IMG/VR virus record: IMGVR_UViG_3300021400_002728
Location: 229,154 to 293,153 of that record
Origin: a virus
Lineage: Duplodnaviria > Heunggongvirae > Uroviricota > Caudoviricetes
Strand: one strand, 5' to 3'
Length of the DNA stretch: 64,000 nucleotides
Each line of letters opens with the position of its first letter. Positions within the stretch are counted from its first letter, which is position 1. The notes beneath the pieces were generated by a model. It worked only from the letters and a program-made list of their open reading frames with translations, ran no database searches and was not told the origin of the DNA. The translations under genes and the position numbers were made by a program. Positions 20,502-32,112 of this stretch are shown piece after piece.

Positions 20502-21050
20502 TTAATATAACTGTTCTAAGTTATAATGTAATCTGCATAATGGTACATAACTTTCATTTCCACCTAATTGTAATTGCTCACCAGTCTTAACTATATGACC
20601 GTCAACAACTCTAGCATTAAATCTTGCCTTCTTACCACACCAACAAATAGTAGTAATTTCTTGAAGTTCATCTGCAACTTCAATAAATCGTTTCGAACCT
20701 TCAAATAAGTGCCCAGTAAAATCTGTCTTAAGACCAAAAGCAATAATAGGAATATCCATATTATCAGCAATTCTTACAAATTCATCTACTTGTTCAGTTG
20801 TTAAGAACTGAGCTTCATCAATAAGAATACAATCACAAGGTTTTATGTTATCTAAGTAGTCTTCAACATACTGACATTTGGCCTCTAAACCTATACGTGA
20901 TTTGATCTTTTTATCTCCATCTCTATTCTCAAGCCTAGGTTTAAGTAAAATTGCTTTCTTGCCTTTTTCTTCAAAGTTATACTTAATCATAAGTATATTT
21001 GCTGTTTTTGAGCTACCCATTGCTCCATATCTAAAACTAATCTTTGCCAT
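20502..21050 (-). CDS. tdk: Thymidine kinase
   Basis: YGAMGSSKT P-loop, ILIDEAQF, FGLKTDF, CWCG and YVPLCRLH. The likely start is MAKISF at 21050. Confidence 0.95.
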   Translation of the reverse strand: MAKISFRYGAMGSSKTANILMIKYNFEEKGKKAILLKPRLENRDGDKKIKSRIGLEAKCQYVEDYLDNIKPCDCILIDEAQFLTTEQVDEFVRIADNMDIPIIAFGLKTDFTGHLFEGSKRFIEVADELQEITTICWCGKKARFNARVVDGHIVKTGEQLQLGGNESYVPLCRLHYNLEQLY

Positions 21051-21076
21051 ACTTTCTAATTTCCCTTCTAAACTAT

Positions 21077-21751
21077 TTATAAGCATTGCTCTAAATCTTC
21101 TGCGATTTGTCTAAATGTAGGATAACGATATAAAGCTGATACTGTAGACATAAGAGCTTTGTCAAAATCATCTTTAGTTTCAATATCACTTTTATATCTA
21201 AATTCTTCTCTACCAAAAGTTAAATCCACTAAAAATACAAATATCTTTTTAGAATCTACATATTCTCTATGTAACGTAAATATGTCTAAGTGTGAGTCAG
21301 TATCAAATATTGTTAACTTATTTATAGAATCTATATCATCTAAATTTCCATCAGCTAGTAATTTTACAGTATGACTATTAGTATCTATCTTATAAATGAA
21401 ATCTTTCACAATTTCATCGGCCTCAGTGTCAATAAATCCTGTAGAATCTACAAACTCTTCAGGAAGTTCTTCTGGTAAATATTCTTTAGCATCATATACA
21501 CTACAATAGTAATCTCTATCTGGACAATGAAATCTATAAAATTGCCCTGTTTGTTTATCTTTTCTTCCACCATCATGAGGAATATATGCATGTGGAGTAT
21601 ATACACCTCTACGTTTAACGATCAGTTCTTTAGCTTTTTTATCATAATAGAATGCTTCTGCTCCGCCATTAAAACGATTCACATACATAAGTGGACCAAT
21701 ATCATCCGTAGAATAAACAGTCCAATTGTCTCTATGTATCATTGATGACAT
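21077..21751 (-). CDS. Hypothetical protein
   Basis: ORF with SD. Confidence 0.7.
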   Translation of the reverse strand: MSSMIHRDNWTVYSTDDIGPLMYVNRFNGGAEAFYYDKKAKELIVKRRGVYTPHAYIPHDGGRKDKQTGQFYRFHCPDRDYYCSVYDAKEYLPEELPEEFVDSTGFIDTEADEIVKDFIYKIDTNSHTVKLLADGNLDDIDSINKLTIFDTDSHLDIFTLHREYVDSKKIFVFLVDLTFGREEFRYKSDIETKDDFDKALMSTVSALYRYPTFRQIAEDLEQCL

Positions 21752-21829
21752 CTTAGATTCCTCCCTTTAGTATTATATAAAGTTAATTATAAAGGTCCCC
21801 AGATTGTCTCCAGGGACCTCAGAATGATA

Positions 21830-23035
21830 TTATAATGTCTTATCAAGTAATTCTTGAACTTCATCGAAAGTAATAAAACCACTACAATCTCTATGAGATA
21901 CTTGAGCAACTTTGCTCTTACCTTTAAATAAATACAATCTACCACTTCTAATAGCCTTTTCACCATAATGTTCTTCAAACTTGTTTAAAGGCATCGGATC
22001 ATAAACTCGGCTAATATTACTAAGTTTAACCTTGTCTACACACATATCATCTTTAAGTTTCTTTTCTTTTGCTTCATCGTCAAGATCATCCATATTGACG
22101 TTCTCTTCATCATTAACATGACGAAGCTTAGCATTATATGTGTAAAGTAAACTCATAGAATTAAATCCTTCATACTTAATCAAATGCATAAGATCATAAT
22201 TACCCATAATTCTGTAAATATGATTTACTTCATCATGATAAACTACACCATTCTTAAGCATAATTTCTGTATAGTTAGGAATTTTTGAAATAGGAACTTG
22301 TCTATGAAGATCTACCGCGCCATTTCCACCTGCATTGTTGTTAGTATGGAATTTAGAATTAAATATACCATCTGGATCTTGCATAGCATCACATAAATAC
22401 TCATCTATAATAGCATCTCTAAGTTCTACTGGATCTGAATCTTTATTTGATACATAAAGCTTTCGCTCATACACAATAAACTTTTTAACAACATGCAGTG
22501 TAAAGGTATTTTCGTTATTTCTACGATCTTCTAAAGGTGTATTATCCACAAACTCTTTAAGTTCCTTAAGACATCTATGATTATCTCTAACATTAATAAT
22601 CGCATTAAATGTAGGTAAGAAAATGTCATTTCCACCATATTTAACTAAACCTGCATCTAATATCTTAATATGTTTAGCATGAAGATAATCATAAACTTCC
22701 TTATTATATCTGTATAAATGTCTTTCTACTGCAGTATCAAATCCATCATAACAATCGTCTTGGATCTCAATGTTTTCACAGTACTTATCAAGTTCTTCTC
22801 CAGTGAATTCATTAAGTTCCTTATAAAGACGTCTATCACCAACAATCTTAGCACAGATCATATATTGAACAGCAGTTTCAATATGTTTGATGTTCTGTAC
22901 ATTTGTCCTTTTATGTTCTGTAAAACGTCTAGCAATCAACTGTATATTTGATACTTTAGCATAATCAGCATTAAATGACTGATCTGGATGATCTAGTCTG
23001 AGCTCTCTGGCTCTTGCTATAATATCACTTGGCAT
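21830..23035 (-). CDS. Hypothetical protein, paralog of 25131..25997
   Basis: Shared TNVxxIK..VQYxIxAKxxG and GxxYLFKGxSxVA...LLxKT motifs. Confidence 0.75.
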   Translation of the reverse strand: MPSDIIARARELRLDHPDQSFNADYAKVSNIQLIARRFTEHKRTNVQNIKHIETAVQYMICAKIVGDRRLYKELNEFTGEELDKYCENIEIQDDCYDGFDTAVERHLYRYNKEVYDYLHAKHIKILDAGLVKYGGNDIFLPTFNAIINVRDNHRCLKELKEFVDNTPLEDRRNNENTFTLHVVKKFIVYERKLYVSNKDSDPVELRDAIIDEYLCDAMQDPDGIFNSKFHTNNNAGGNGAVDLHRQVPISKIPNYTEIMLKNGVVYHDEVNHIYRIMGNYDLMHLIKYEGFNSMSLLYTYNAKLRHVNDEENVNMDDLDDEAKEKKLKDDMCVDKVKLSNISRVYDPMPLNKFEEHYGEKAIRSGRLYLFKGKSKVAQVSHRDCSGFITFDEVQELLDKTL

Positions 23036-23060
23036 GACTAATCCTCCTTCTCAATATTCA

Positions 23061-25112
23061 TTAATTCATTTGATTAAACCAACTATCTTTCTTATACCAA
23101 AGATCTTCCCAATAATTGGCTTCTTTTCTAGAAAGTTCTAATTCATTAGCAACCTCATCGAAGTCACTACTATATGTATCTAAACCTGTACCTAAATAGA
23201 ATGCTTTCACTGTAGCACCAAGTCCAGCTTTTTTACAATTGGAATAACCAAGATCTTCAATAAACTGTTTTAAGTCTTTCTCAAACTGTTTATCCATGTG
23301 GTACCTCCTACTGCATTTTAACTGATAATAAAATTGTATTGTCTACAATAATATCATCAATATACTCAAAGATTTCTTCTGCTTGATCTTCAGTAAGCAT
23401 TGGGCCAGATACAACATCAGTACTAATCATTTCCTGATTAAATTGTATACAGTTTTCAACTTTAGCTTTAGTTAACTCTCCTGTCTTGAGAGCTGTATCA
23501 AAGTCTCTTTTATCAATGACAATAGTATGACTTGTAACATATTTCTGAAGCATCATGGTAACTTCACCATTATCATGCTCATACTCATTTGGAGTTTTAT
23601 CAGCATACTTACGTACAATGTTCATTCTAATCTTAGAATCAGTTATGTCTACGCTTGTAACATCATAATCAATGTTATTGTCATTAGAATACTTAGGATG
23701 TCCGTCGCAGTCATAATCTTCATAAACTTCAACTTCAACCTTTGATTTTATGTCATAATCAATAACCATACTCAACCTCCTATTTCTGATTTAATATCCA
23801 TAAGCTGATCAAGTATTTTTCTTTGCTGTCTTTCATCAAACTCAATTTCATCAACTGCTTCTTCATAAAGTTTAGCTGTATAATAAAGTACTACTTTATC
23901 TTTGAAAGCTTTACCAGCAAATTTAGTATCTTTCATATATTCTTGCGCAGCCTTACCCCAAGCATGATGTCCAGGTTCAAATATATCAGTTCCAGATTCT
24001 TCATAGATAGTATCATATACATCTCTAGCATTTTCAAAGAAATTCCATGAAGATTCTTGATCGCCATCATAATATGAATTAACCCAACACCATTGACTAT
24101 CTGCACAATTTTTAACATTTTCTACAAGTTTTTTCTGATGCTGATCATATTTTTGATCATCAGCCATACCAAGGTAAGTTTTAAGTTTGGTACCAAGACC
24201 AAGCTCTTTTCTATAGTCCATAACTATACCTCCTTAATAAAATCAAAGTAGATTTATCTATAGCTACCACATGAATATTTTTCTTATTATCTTATTTCTG
24301 AATATGTTTTCATAATAGTGCTTTTGGCAATTTCAAGATCTCTAATAGTATTATTAAGTTTAACTTCCATAAACTCTAAACTATTATAACCATCAAATTT
24401 GTCCATTTCTTTCTTTATTTCTTTGATTTTATACTCTGCCTCATCACAATATGATTTAATACATTCAAGTTTAGTTTCTATCGCCATAATTGAACTCCTT
24501 ATAAATCTTCATCTACATCAAGTAATTTATCTACAATATATATTATTATAATCTATACCATTTATATAATTTTTCTGGTAATTCATTATCAAATGAATCA
24601 TCAGACCAATAAATTTGTTCTGACCAATGATCTGCAATATAAAAATTATCTTCACAATAATCTTTAAGAAGTTCTACACCTACCATTTCTACTACATCTG
24701 TATCATTAACATTTGTATCAATACAAGCAAACTTATCAGACATAAAATCTTTTAATTTTCCAGTTGCATGATTATTACCAAATGCACCAGCATTCTTTTT
24801 AAAATCTGATGCTTTATAAATATCTATATGAATATTCTTTAATATCATACACATATACTCATTTTTATTAGGTTGTTTACGAATAATATTATATAATGTA
24901 GTCCAAATATCGTTAAAAGTATATTCAAACTCGTAAGGCGATTTGCCATCATATAAAGCATATGTTTGATCATTATACATAAAATATCTAATGTCATCAA
25001 ATTCGTTCAATTCATATTTAAGCATGTCGCCAGATTCTATTAAATTAGTATAGTATTCTTCTAAATCTTCTTTAGTTATAATAAGTTTATGCCATTTATG
25101 AATATTTCTCAT
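23061..25112 (-). other. Hypothetical genes (23061..23297, 23308..23775, 23772..24221, 24287..24487, 24546..25112)
   Basis: ORFs with SD. 24287..24487 is a paralog of 27110..27316. Confidence 0.65.
24495..24532. repeat. 38-bp direct repeat, copy 1 (copy 2 at 27834..27871)
   Basis: ctccttataaatcttcatcta(c/t)atcaagtaat(t/c)tatct, 2 mismatches; includes an SD. Confidence 0.85.
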
Positions 25113-25130
25113 AGTTAAATCCTTTCTTTT

Positions 25131-25997
25131 TTATACAGTTTTTTCTAAGAGTTCAATTAATTTTTCAAAGGATAAATTATTATAATAACCATCCCAATCG
25201 CCTCTAATATGTGCTACTTCAGAACTACCTTTAAAAAGATAAATATTTCCTTTAGTTACTGGATCATGACTTCTATTCCAAACACAATTTTCGATACGTT
25301 CGCCTCTACCATATTTAGAAAAAGGTTCTGTACATACCCAAGCTGAGTTACGTAAACCAGAATATCTAGCAACTAAATCATATCCATCAATCTTATAATC
25401 AGCAAATAATTCAACATTTTTAATTTTATATTGGTTATTTACTTTATCTAAATATACATGGCCAGTATAAACTATCCAAGGAACAGATATATTTACACCA
25501 ATCATACCTAATGGCGCTTTACGAAAATACTCAAAAGTGTTCCAACAGTTATGATCAACACTAATATCATATTGTGTTGCCATATATAAAACAGTATCAT
25601 CTTCACAAATTAATTCTATTCTATTAGAATTTTCATCAATCATATAAATAACACCCTGATCATAAACTAATTTAGGATTTCCAATATTTTTTATTTCAGG
25701 CGTTTCATATGTGACTTCATCAAATATATTCTTAAAATCAAACGCAAGAATCATGTCTTTTACATAATCGTCTATTTGTCTAATAAGCGTATAACAGCCT
25801 AACATTTTAGCTGCAATATAGTATTGTACTAATTTATGAACAGATTTAATTGATTTAACATTAGTACCTTTATTATTATTCTTTCTATCTAATATTTTAT
25901 CATAATATTTTTGCTCAACGTCTTCATTATGTAATTTGTTATTCTTATTTGCTTGATACCATTGATATAATTCTTCAATGAAATTAGTTTCAGCCAT
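25131..25997 (-). CDS. Hypothetical protein, paralog of 21830..23035
   Basis: Shares the N- and C-terminal motifs of 21830..23035. Confidence 0.75.
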   Translation of the reverse strand: MAETNFIEELYQWYQANKNNKLHNEDVEQKYYDKILDRKNNNKGTNVKSIKSVHKLVQYYIAAKMLGCYTLIRQIDDYVKDMILAFDFKNIFDEVTYETPEIKNIGNPKLVYDQGVIYMIDENSNRIELICEDDTVLYMATQYDISVDHNCWNTFEYFRKAPLGMIGVNISVPWIVYTGHVYLDKVNNQYKIKNVELFADYKIDGYDLVARYSGLRNSAWVCTEPFSKYGRGERIENCVWNRSHDPVTKGNIYLFKGSSEVAHIRGDWDGYYNNLSFEKLIELLEKTV

Positions 25998-27833
25998 TTA
26001 TATCACCTCTTTATACAAATGTATTGTCTACAACAGCAGTTATATCATAATGTTCAAGACGAGTAAGTAAGTCTTTCATAAAAGAAAGTTCTTTCTCTTT
26101 AGTATTAAGACCTCTTGCCCACCAGTCATCATAATCATCATTTAGACTTCTAAATTCTTCAATAACATCTTCTGTAGTAATTTTAGTTAAAGTACCTTTT
26201 TCGAGTCTGTTTTTAAGATAATAAGCAACTTTATTAGCAATCCATTCCATATCTTCTGGCTCAGGTCCACGGGGTGGTTTATATGATATATAATCTAATT
26301 CACTCATATCGATACCTCCTATTTATCAAAGTACAGTATCTTACTCCAATCTGATGAACATGTTTTATTAATCAGTTTATGTAATTCATATTTTTCACTT
26401 AGATGCAATCGATCATTAACATCTATATTCAGCTTAAATAAATACGCCGGAACATCAGTACATTCATCTGCACCTAAAAACCAATCATCTTCAGTAGTTA
26501 CATAGATTTCTTCAATTTTGTCAGCAATTTCAGGCAGTTCATCTTTAATTAGATCTTTATTAAAATGATATAGATCTCTATCAGCAGATTCTTTATAGTC
26601 ACTATATTTTGACTGTTCTACTTTTAATTGAACGTAATATTTCATTTTTATTACTCCTCTATAATTTAGATCTATCCGGAGTTTCAAACTCTTCACCTTT
26701 TCTAAGTACTAAGAATCCTATAATATCATAATCAGTACTTCCAAAGGATTCACCGTCATAGAAATCAGCTTCAGTATATCCAGCATGAATAGAACGAACG
26801 TCTAATTCTCTTTTTCTAAGAATATCCATAATTTCTGAATTGAATACAGATTTCTTAATAATTTTACCGATTAGCAAATCTGCTAAAGATATTTCTTCAC
26901 CATTGTGATAGATATAATCTCGGTTAAATTCAAATCTATCAATATTCACATTCCAATCATATGAATATCCATATCCAGCTAAACTACCTTTTTCTAATAC
27001 TGAACCAGTATAAAGTTTTTCACATCGACCATCATAGTCGAATACACCATATTTAATTAAAATTTTTAAGTCAGTTGTATCATCTGATCTAGGAAAGAAT
27101 AACATAAGTTTAATCCTCCTCAATCTCGTCATACGCAAGCATAACATTATTTTTTACATTTTCAAGATCTTCAATTGCTCTGGAAACTTTCATTTCCATA
27201 AATTCAAGACTGTTATATCCGTCAAATTCATCCATTTCTTTCTGAATTTCTTTGATCTTATATGCAGCTTCACCACAATAAGTTTTAATACATTCCTTTC
27301 TTGTTTTAAGTGCCATAGCTAATCTCCTTTACTTATTTGAAAATATATACTGTACATACTCATATGCAGAGTTAAAGAACATTGGTGGAACAGTATTACT
27401 TACATTATATTTTTGTAAAATAGCAGCAACTCTTTGAGGTGTCATCTGGTTTTTGATCTCTTTATATGCCTTCTTATAGTTATCTTTATTATCACTATTA
27501 GAGGCATCTTCTTTTAGTTGTTTGAGAATAGCCTTTTTATAATCCTCAAATGAATCTATATATACAATATGACAAGAAGTTATACCATATACTGGTTTAG
27601 GAATTATAGATTCAACTTTTATTTCATTTTCTAATAACTTACTAATAAATCTAGAGTAAGTTTCTTTTTGTGCCATTTCTAATATTTCAGGTTCTACATC
27701 TTTATGAGAGTAAGATGATTCATCTAAATCGCATTCACCAAGTTTAATCATTAAGCATTCAATAAGATAACCAACATGTACTAACGGATCACAATTAGGA
27801 CTAAAGTATGCAATATATAACATGTTAATCGGC

Positions 27834-27871
27834 CTCCTTATAAATCTTCATCTATATCAAGTAATCTATCT
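27834..27871. repeat. 38-bp direct repeat, copy 2
   Basis: Matches 24495..24532 with 2 mismatches. Confidence 0.85.
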
Positions 27872-27881
27872 GACACATAAT

Positions 27882-27914
27882 AAAAATACCTAACCTCTTT
27901 TGAGATTAGGTATT
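27882..27914 (-). terminator. Intrinsic terminator
   Basis: AAUACCUAA/UUAGGUAUU stem plus U tract. Confidence 0.7.
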
Positions 27915-28466
27915 GTTCACATTCATACATTATTATAATTAAATAGCTCTTATTAGAGATTACTGAACAAAATCTGAAAGATCAGTAAAGACTGAAACTT
28001 TGATCTTATCTTTACTCTTAGATTTCTGTTCAAACTTCTTGATGAAAGATTCACACTTCTGAAGAATAACTTCCTTATTCTTATCCTTAGGAACTTTTAC
28101 ATAAGATTCAAAATAACCATCCGTCATGATAACCACAGAAGCATAACCTTCTTTTACTGCTTTTTTATAAGTGGTTTCATAATCACGAAGAGTTAAGAGT
28201 TCACCAAGTAAACATTCAAGTCCATAAATACTATCAGGACCATAATAATCCTTTGCCACTTTATCAAGTTCAGAAGTGTCGAAATCATACTGATCAGGTC
28301 CGCCCCAACCATCTTGAGACCAGAAACCTTGGTTCTTACCATTAAAGTATACCTTTCCCTGATAATTAGTGGGATATTCTGTACTTCTGAAAGTCTTAAC
28401 ACTTTTAAGTTCAATTCCTTTAATACTTGCCATAATAGATACCTCCAAAATATTTATTATGGTTAT

Positions 28467-28495
28467 ATTATAACAAGGATTTTGATTAATGTAAA
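28467..28495 (-). promoter_or_regulatory. Sigma-A-type promoter
   Basis: CTA-TTTACA, 17 nt spacer, TG-n-TATAAT. Confidence 0.75.
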
Positions 28496-28511
28496 TAGTT
28501 TTTTGATAAAT

Positions 28512-30128
28512 TTAACTAACTTTCATTTCAGCTAATACTGCATTAATGGCGACATTTTTAAGTTTACAGAATGGTCCAAGTGGAACATATTGAGGAGCTT
28601 TTTGTCCAAGAATATATTCACGAGTCATATCTCCAGGATCTCCACCTTTTTCTACCCATCTTGCCCAAGCCTGTCTACATCTCATAGCAATTGCTTCAGC
28701 TACTACTTTTGCTACAAGTTCTTTTAACTCACAACTATATCCAGTAACAACAAGATCTTCTGGACGAATATCATTAGGTGGAATATAATCAATAATTTTA
28801 CTACCTCCACCAGCTATTCCAGCTTCATTAGGATTACTAGCAAGTTTCTTTTTATTTAACTGTGCAAATCTTGTTTTTTCTTCTTTAGTTAATCCAATAA
28901 ACTTACCAGTATTAGGATCAGTTGTTTGCATCTTAATAGCCAATTTTTCAAATTCTTCTTGTTCGGCTTGAGTCATATATTGAGCTGACTGTTCGTTTAA
29001 TAACTCATATACTGACTTTCTATGAAGATTGTCCACTATATCAAATACTACTTTTGCTTCAGAATCGCCAGTACTGATAGCTCTACCAAGCTGTTGTGAA
29101 TATATAATACCAGAATAAGTACCTCTGTACATAATAATTCCAGTAAGATCATTTGCGTGATGTCCCATGTTCATCATATTAATTGTATAGATAAAATCAA
29201 TATGATTTTCTTTTCTAGTTAATTCTGGTAATTTGTCTACATTACTTTCATATTCTGAATTTTCAGAAGAAACAATAAGTTCATTAATTGTATGGTTTGG
29301 AAATACTGTTTTGAACCATTTTTTAACATTCTTCTTAGCACGACGCATGTGAGCAAAATCTTTAAAAAATACAATATATTTTTGGTATGATGTATCTACA
29401 TTAGATTCTATTAAGGTTTGCTGAATTGCAGTTTCCATTTTAGATAATCTAGCAATTTCAAGAAGTCTAGCGTTAATCAACTCAGAAAAATGTGTACGTT
29501 CAGCAATATTTAAGTCTTGTACTTTTATCATTAGATCTTTTTTAAGTCGAGCTAATGTTTTTGGATCAGACTCTCCATAAGCACAAAATGTATAAATTGG
29601 TTTCTGTACTATACCATCTACAATAGCATCATGTAATGTATATGGACTAGTGCAGTGATCATCAAAATAGTAAGAAATTTCATCTACTAGATCCATTCTT
29701 TCAGGAGTAGCTGTCGCGCCTACAATATGTGGTTTTGGATTCATTTCTAATAAGTCATTTAATCCTATCATAGTCATAGGTGCGCCAATTCTATGACATT
29801 CATCACAAATAATCAAATCAGTACCTTGAAGTTCTTTCATATCAGATTCACTTAACTGTGTAAGTTTCATATAAGTCATAAAAGTTACATTATTAATAGA
29901 ATCATGATTTTTAGGATTGCTGTAATAGAAATTCAACACTGCTTGTTTAATTACTTCAGTTGGATATAAGTATAAAATTTTCTTATATCTATGGCTTTTA
30001 ATAAGTCTAGTAAGTAGACCAGTTTTACCAAATCCAGTAGGTCTAACTACCGCACATTGACCATACGTTTTAAGAAGATATATCATTTCTTGATATGTTT
30101 GTTCACGTAACTGTTCTATTTTAGTCAT
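28512..30128 (-). CDS. Superfamily 2 (DEAD/ResIII-like) helicase
   Basis: RPTGFGKT, IICDECH, GATATPER and QQLGRA. Confidence 0.9.
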   Translation of the reverse strand: MTKIEQLREQTYQEMIYLLKTYGQCAVVRPTGFGKTGLLTRLIKSHRYKKILYLYPTEVIKQAVLNFYYSNPKNHDSINNVTFMTYMKLTQLSESDMKELQGTDLIICDECHRIGAPMTMIGLNDLLEMNPKPHIVGATATPERMDLVDEISYYFDDHCTSPYTLHDAIVDGIVQKPIYTFCAYGESDPKTLARLKKDLMIKVQDLNIAERTHFSELINARLLEIARLSKMETAIQQTLIESNVDTSYQKYIVFFKDFAHMRRAKKNVKKWFKTVFPNHTINELIVSSENSEYESNVDKLPELTRKENHIDFIYTINMMNMGHHANDLTGIIMYRGTYSGIIYSQQLGRAISTGDSEAKVVFDIVDNLHRKSVYELLNEQSAQYMTQAEQEEFEKLAIKMQTTDPNTGKFIGLTKEEKTRFAQLNKKKLASNPNEAGIAGGGSKIIDYIPPNDIRPEDLVVTGYSCELKELVAKVVAEAIAMRCRQAWARWVEKGGDPGDMTREYILGQKAPQYVPLGPFCKLKNVAINAVLAEMKVS

Positions 30129-31388
30129 TTACATGCCCTCCTTATTTGCACAGATATGACTATTTATTTCCTCTATAGTTCCAATATCATGGTGGTGACA
30201 GCATTTACATACATAGAAAAAATTTCTTTCTGAACCATAATTATATGCACGCTGTTCAATTTGACACTTACCTAACATATATGGATATGGATGTTTAAGT
30301 GTGAGTTCAGTAAAACGCTTATAGTCTGTATTTACTTTATATCCATCTTCAAATGTAACTTCTATATCAGTAGCACTATTATATTTAGTAATAGTCATAT
30401 TAAGACCGTTTAAGTTAGTTAAACTTTCGCCAAGTCGTTCTTTGGGATATTTAATAGTGCCATCTAAAAATCCTTTATAATAAGTAGAAATTATAGTACC
30501 ATCATCAAATTGTACATCTATGTCAGAATTATTTTGAAATCTGACTATAGTCATTTTTAAACCTTCATTATTAATATTAGTTTCTCCAACTCTAATTTCT
30601 TTTATATAGTCAGATATATCAATTCTGCCATCTTTAAATTTTTCATATTTTCGATGTGCGAGAATAGTCCCATTTGGAAGTTGTATGTCTATATCTTTTC
30701 TATTTCTATATACAACTATTTTTATTTCTACTCCGTCAATTATAACAGTTTCACCAACTCTAGATGATTTTTGAGTATTAGCAAATATAGTTCCAGTTAA
30801 ATTTGGATTATTGATCTCACCATTCTTAAAATGCTGATAACGTTTATTTCTAACTATAGTACCATCTTCAAATTGTACATCTAAATCTTTAGAAGACCTG
30901 TAGTCTATAATAGTCATTTTCATACCATTTTTAGATATTATAGATTCACCTTTATGTGTAAATTTAGGTTTACTTATTTTTACGGGTTTAGACTTAGCAT
31001 AATTGGGATTTTTATATTTGCCTCTTTTAAAAGCATAATAATCTTTATGAGTGAGAATTGTGCCGTCTTCAAATTGTATATCTATGTCTGTAGATAGTCT
31101 ATATTCAATACAAGTCATTTTGAGACCATCTGAATTATATACAGTTTCGCCTTTACGTAAAAATTGAGAATCTGATCTAGTCTTACATATATTACCTTTT
31201 ACAAAATTACTATAAGACTTATGACAAACTATAGTTCCATCTATGTCTACATCAATATCCTCGGCATTTCTATATACAACAATGGTCATAGGTAAACCAT
31301 ATTTAGATTTACCATGCTGACCTAATCGTTCCACTTTATTTAGTTGTAAAATCTCTTCATTTGTTTTTCGATTTTCCCAATTATTCAC
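30129..31388 (-). CDS. Tandem-repeat protein (6 x GxxMTIxxYRxxxDIDVQFEDG) with C-terminal CxxC
   Basis: Six repeats visible; no nuclease motif seen. Confidence 0.75.
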   Translation of the reverse strand: MNNWENRKTNEEILQLNKVERLGQHGKSKYGLPMTIVVYRNAEDIDVDIDGTIVCHKSYSNFVKGNICKTRSDSQFLRKGETVYNSDGLKMTCIEYRLSTDIDIQFEDGTILTHKDYYAFKRGKYKNPNYAKSKPVKISKPKFTHKGESIISKNGMKMTIIDYRSSKDLDVQFEDGTIVRNKRYQHFKNGEINNPNLTGTIFANTQKSSRVGETVIIDGVEIKIVVYRNRKDIDIQLPNGTILAHRKYEKFKDGRIDISDYIKEIRVGETNINNEGLKMTIVRFQNNSDIDVQFDDGTIISTYYKGFLDGTIKYPKERLGESLTNLNGLNMTITKYNSATDIEVTFEDGYKVNTDYKRFTELTLKHPYPYMLGKCQIEQRAYNYGSERNFFYVCKCCHHHDIGTIEEINSHICANKEGM

Positions 31389-32109
31389 AAATATGTTTCT
31401 TAGCCTCTTCTATGGTCCAAATATCCTTATGACCACACTTAGTACAAGTGCAATAAAAATTTCCTATATCTTTTATATATGCAAGTTTTTCAAGTTTAAC
31501 ATCATTTATAAGTATTGGAAAATTTTGTAAATGACTTGAATGATGACCTATAAAAATATAGTCATAATTTTGATTTGTTAAAATTAATCCAGTATCAAGT
31601 TTAATAGTAATGTTACTGTGTTTATAATACTCAATTATCTCTGCAGAAAAACCTTGTTTAGTTATAATTTTTTGACCTAATCTAGATCTATCTGTAAGAG
31701 CATGTAAAGTAGGATGTTTTATAATTCCTTCTAAAAAATTACGATACGATTTATGTTCTACAATAACACCGTCTTCAAACTGAATATCTATGTCGACATT
31801 AGATCTATATGCAATAATAGTCATCCATAAACCGGTTTTAGATAACTGCTTTTCTCCTAATCTAACTTTAGGTAAATCTGAATGTTTTATTTTACTTTTA
31901 TGGCGTATTCGTCCAGATCTAAATTGATCATATCTAGTATGCTTTACTATATATCCATCTTCAAACATAACATCTATATCATTATTTCGTCTATAATCTA
32001 TAATAGTAAGTATCATTCCATTACTAGCTTTATTAGTTTCACCTATTCTATTTTTCTTACGATTAAGACTACTTATATTTCTAAGATGTTCTAGTCTATT
32101 AAATGACAT
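31381..32109 (-). CDS. Tandem-repeat protein (3 copies of the same unit) with C-terminal CxCxxC
   Basis: Paralog of 30129..31388, including the C-terminal NFxxxCxxCxHxDIxTIEE segment. Confidence 0.75.
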   Translation of the reverse strand: MSFNRLEHLRNISSLNRKKNRIGETNKASNGMILTIIDYRRNNDIDVMFEDGYIVKHTRYDQFRSGRIRHKSKIKHSDLPKVRLGEKQLSKTGLWMTIIAYRSNVDIDIQFEDGVIVEHKSYRNFLEGIIKHPTLHALTDRSRLGQKIITKQGFSAEIIEYYKHSNITIKLDTGLILTNQNYDYIFIGHHSSHLQNFPILINDVKLEKLAYIKDIGNFYCTCTKCGHKDIWTIEEAKKHICE

Positions 32110-32112
32110 TAC

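Larger units (their letters stand above)
26011..28448 (-). other. Hypothetical genes (26011..26307, 26319..26696, 26659..27147, 27110..27316, 27329..27823, 27960..28448)
   Basis: ORFs with SD; some true starts are probably internal. Confidence 0.65.
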
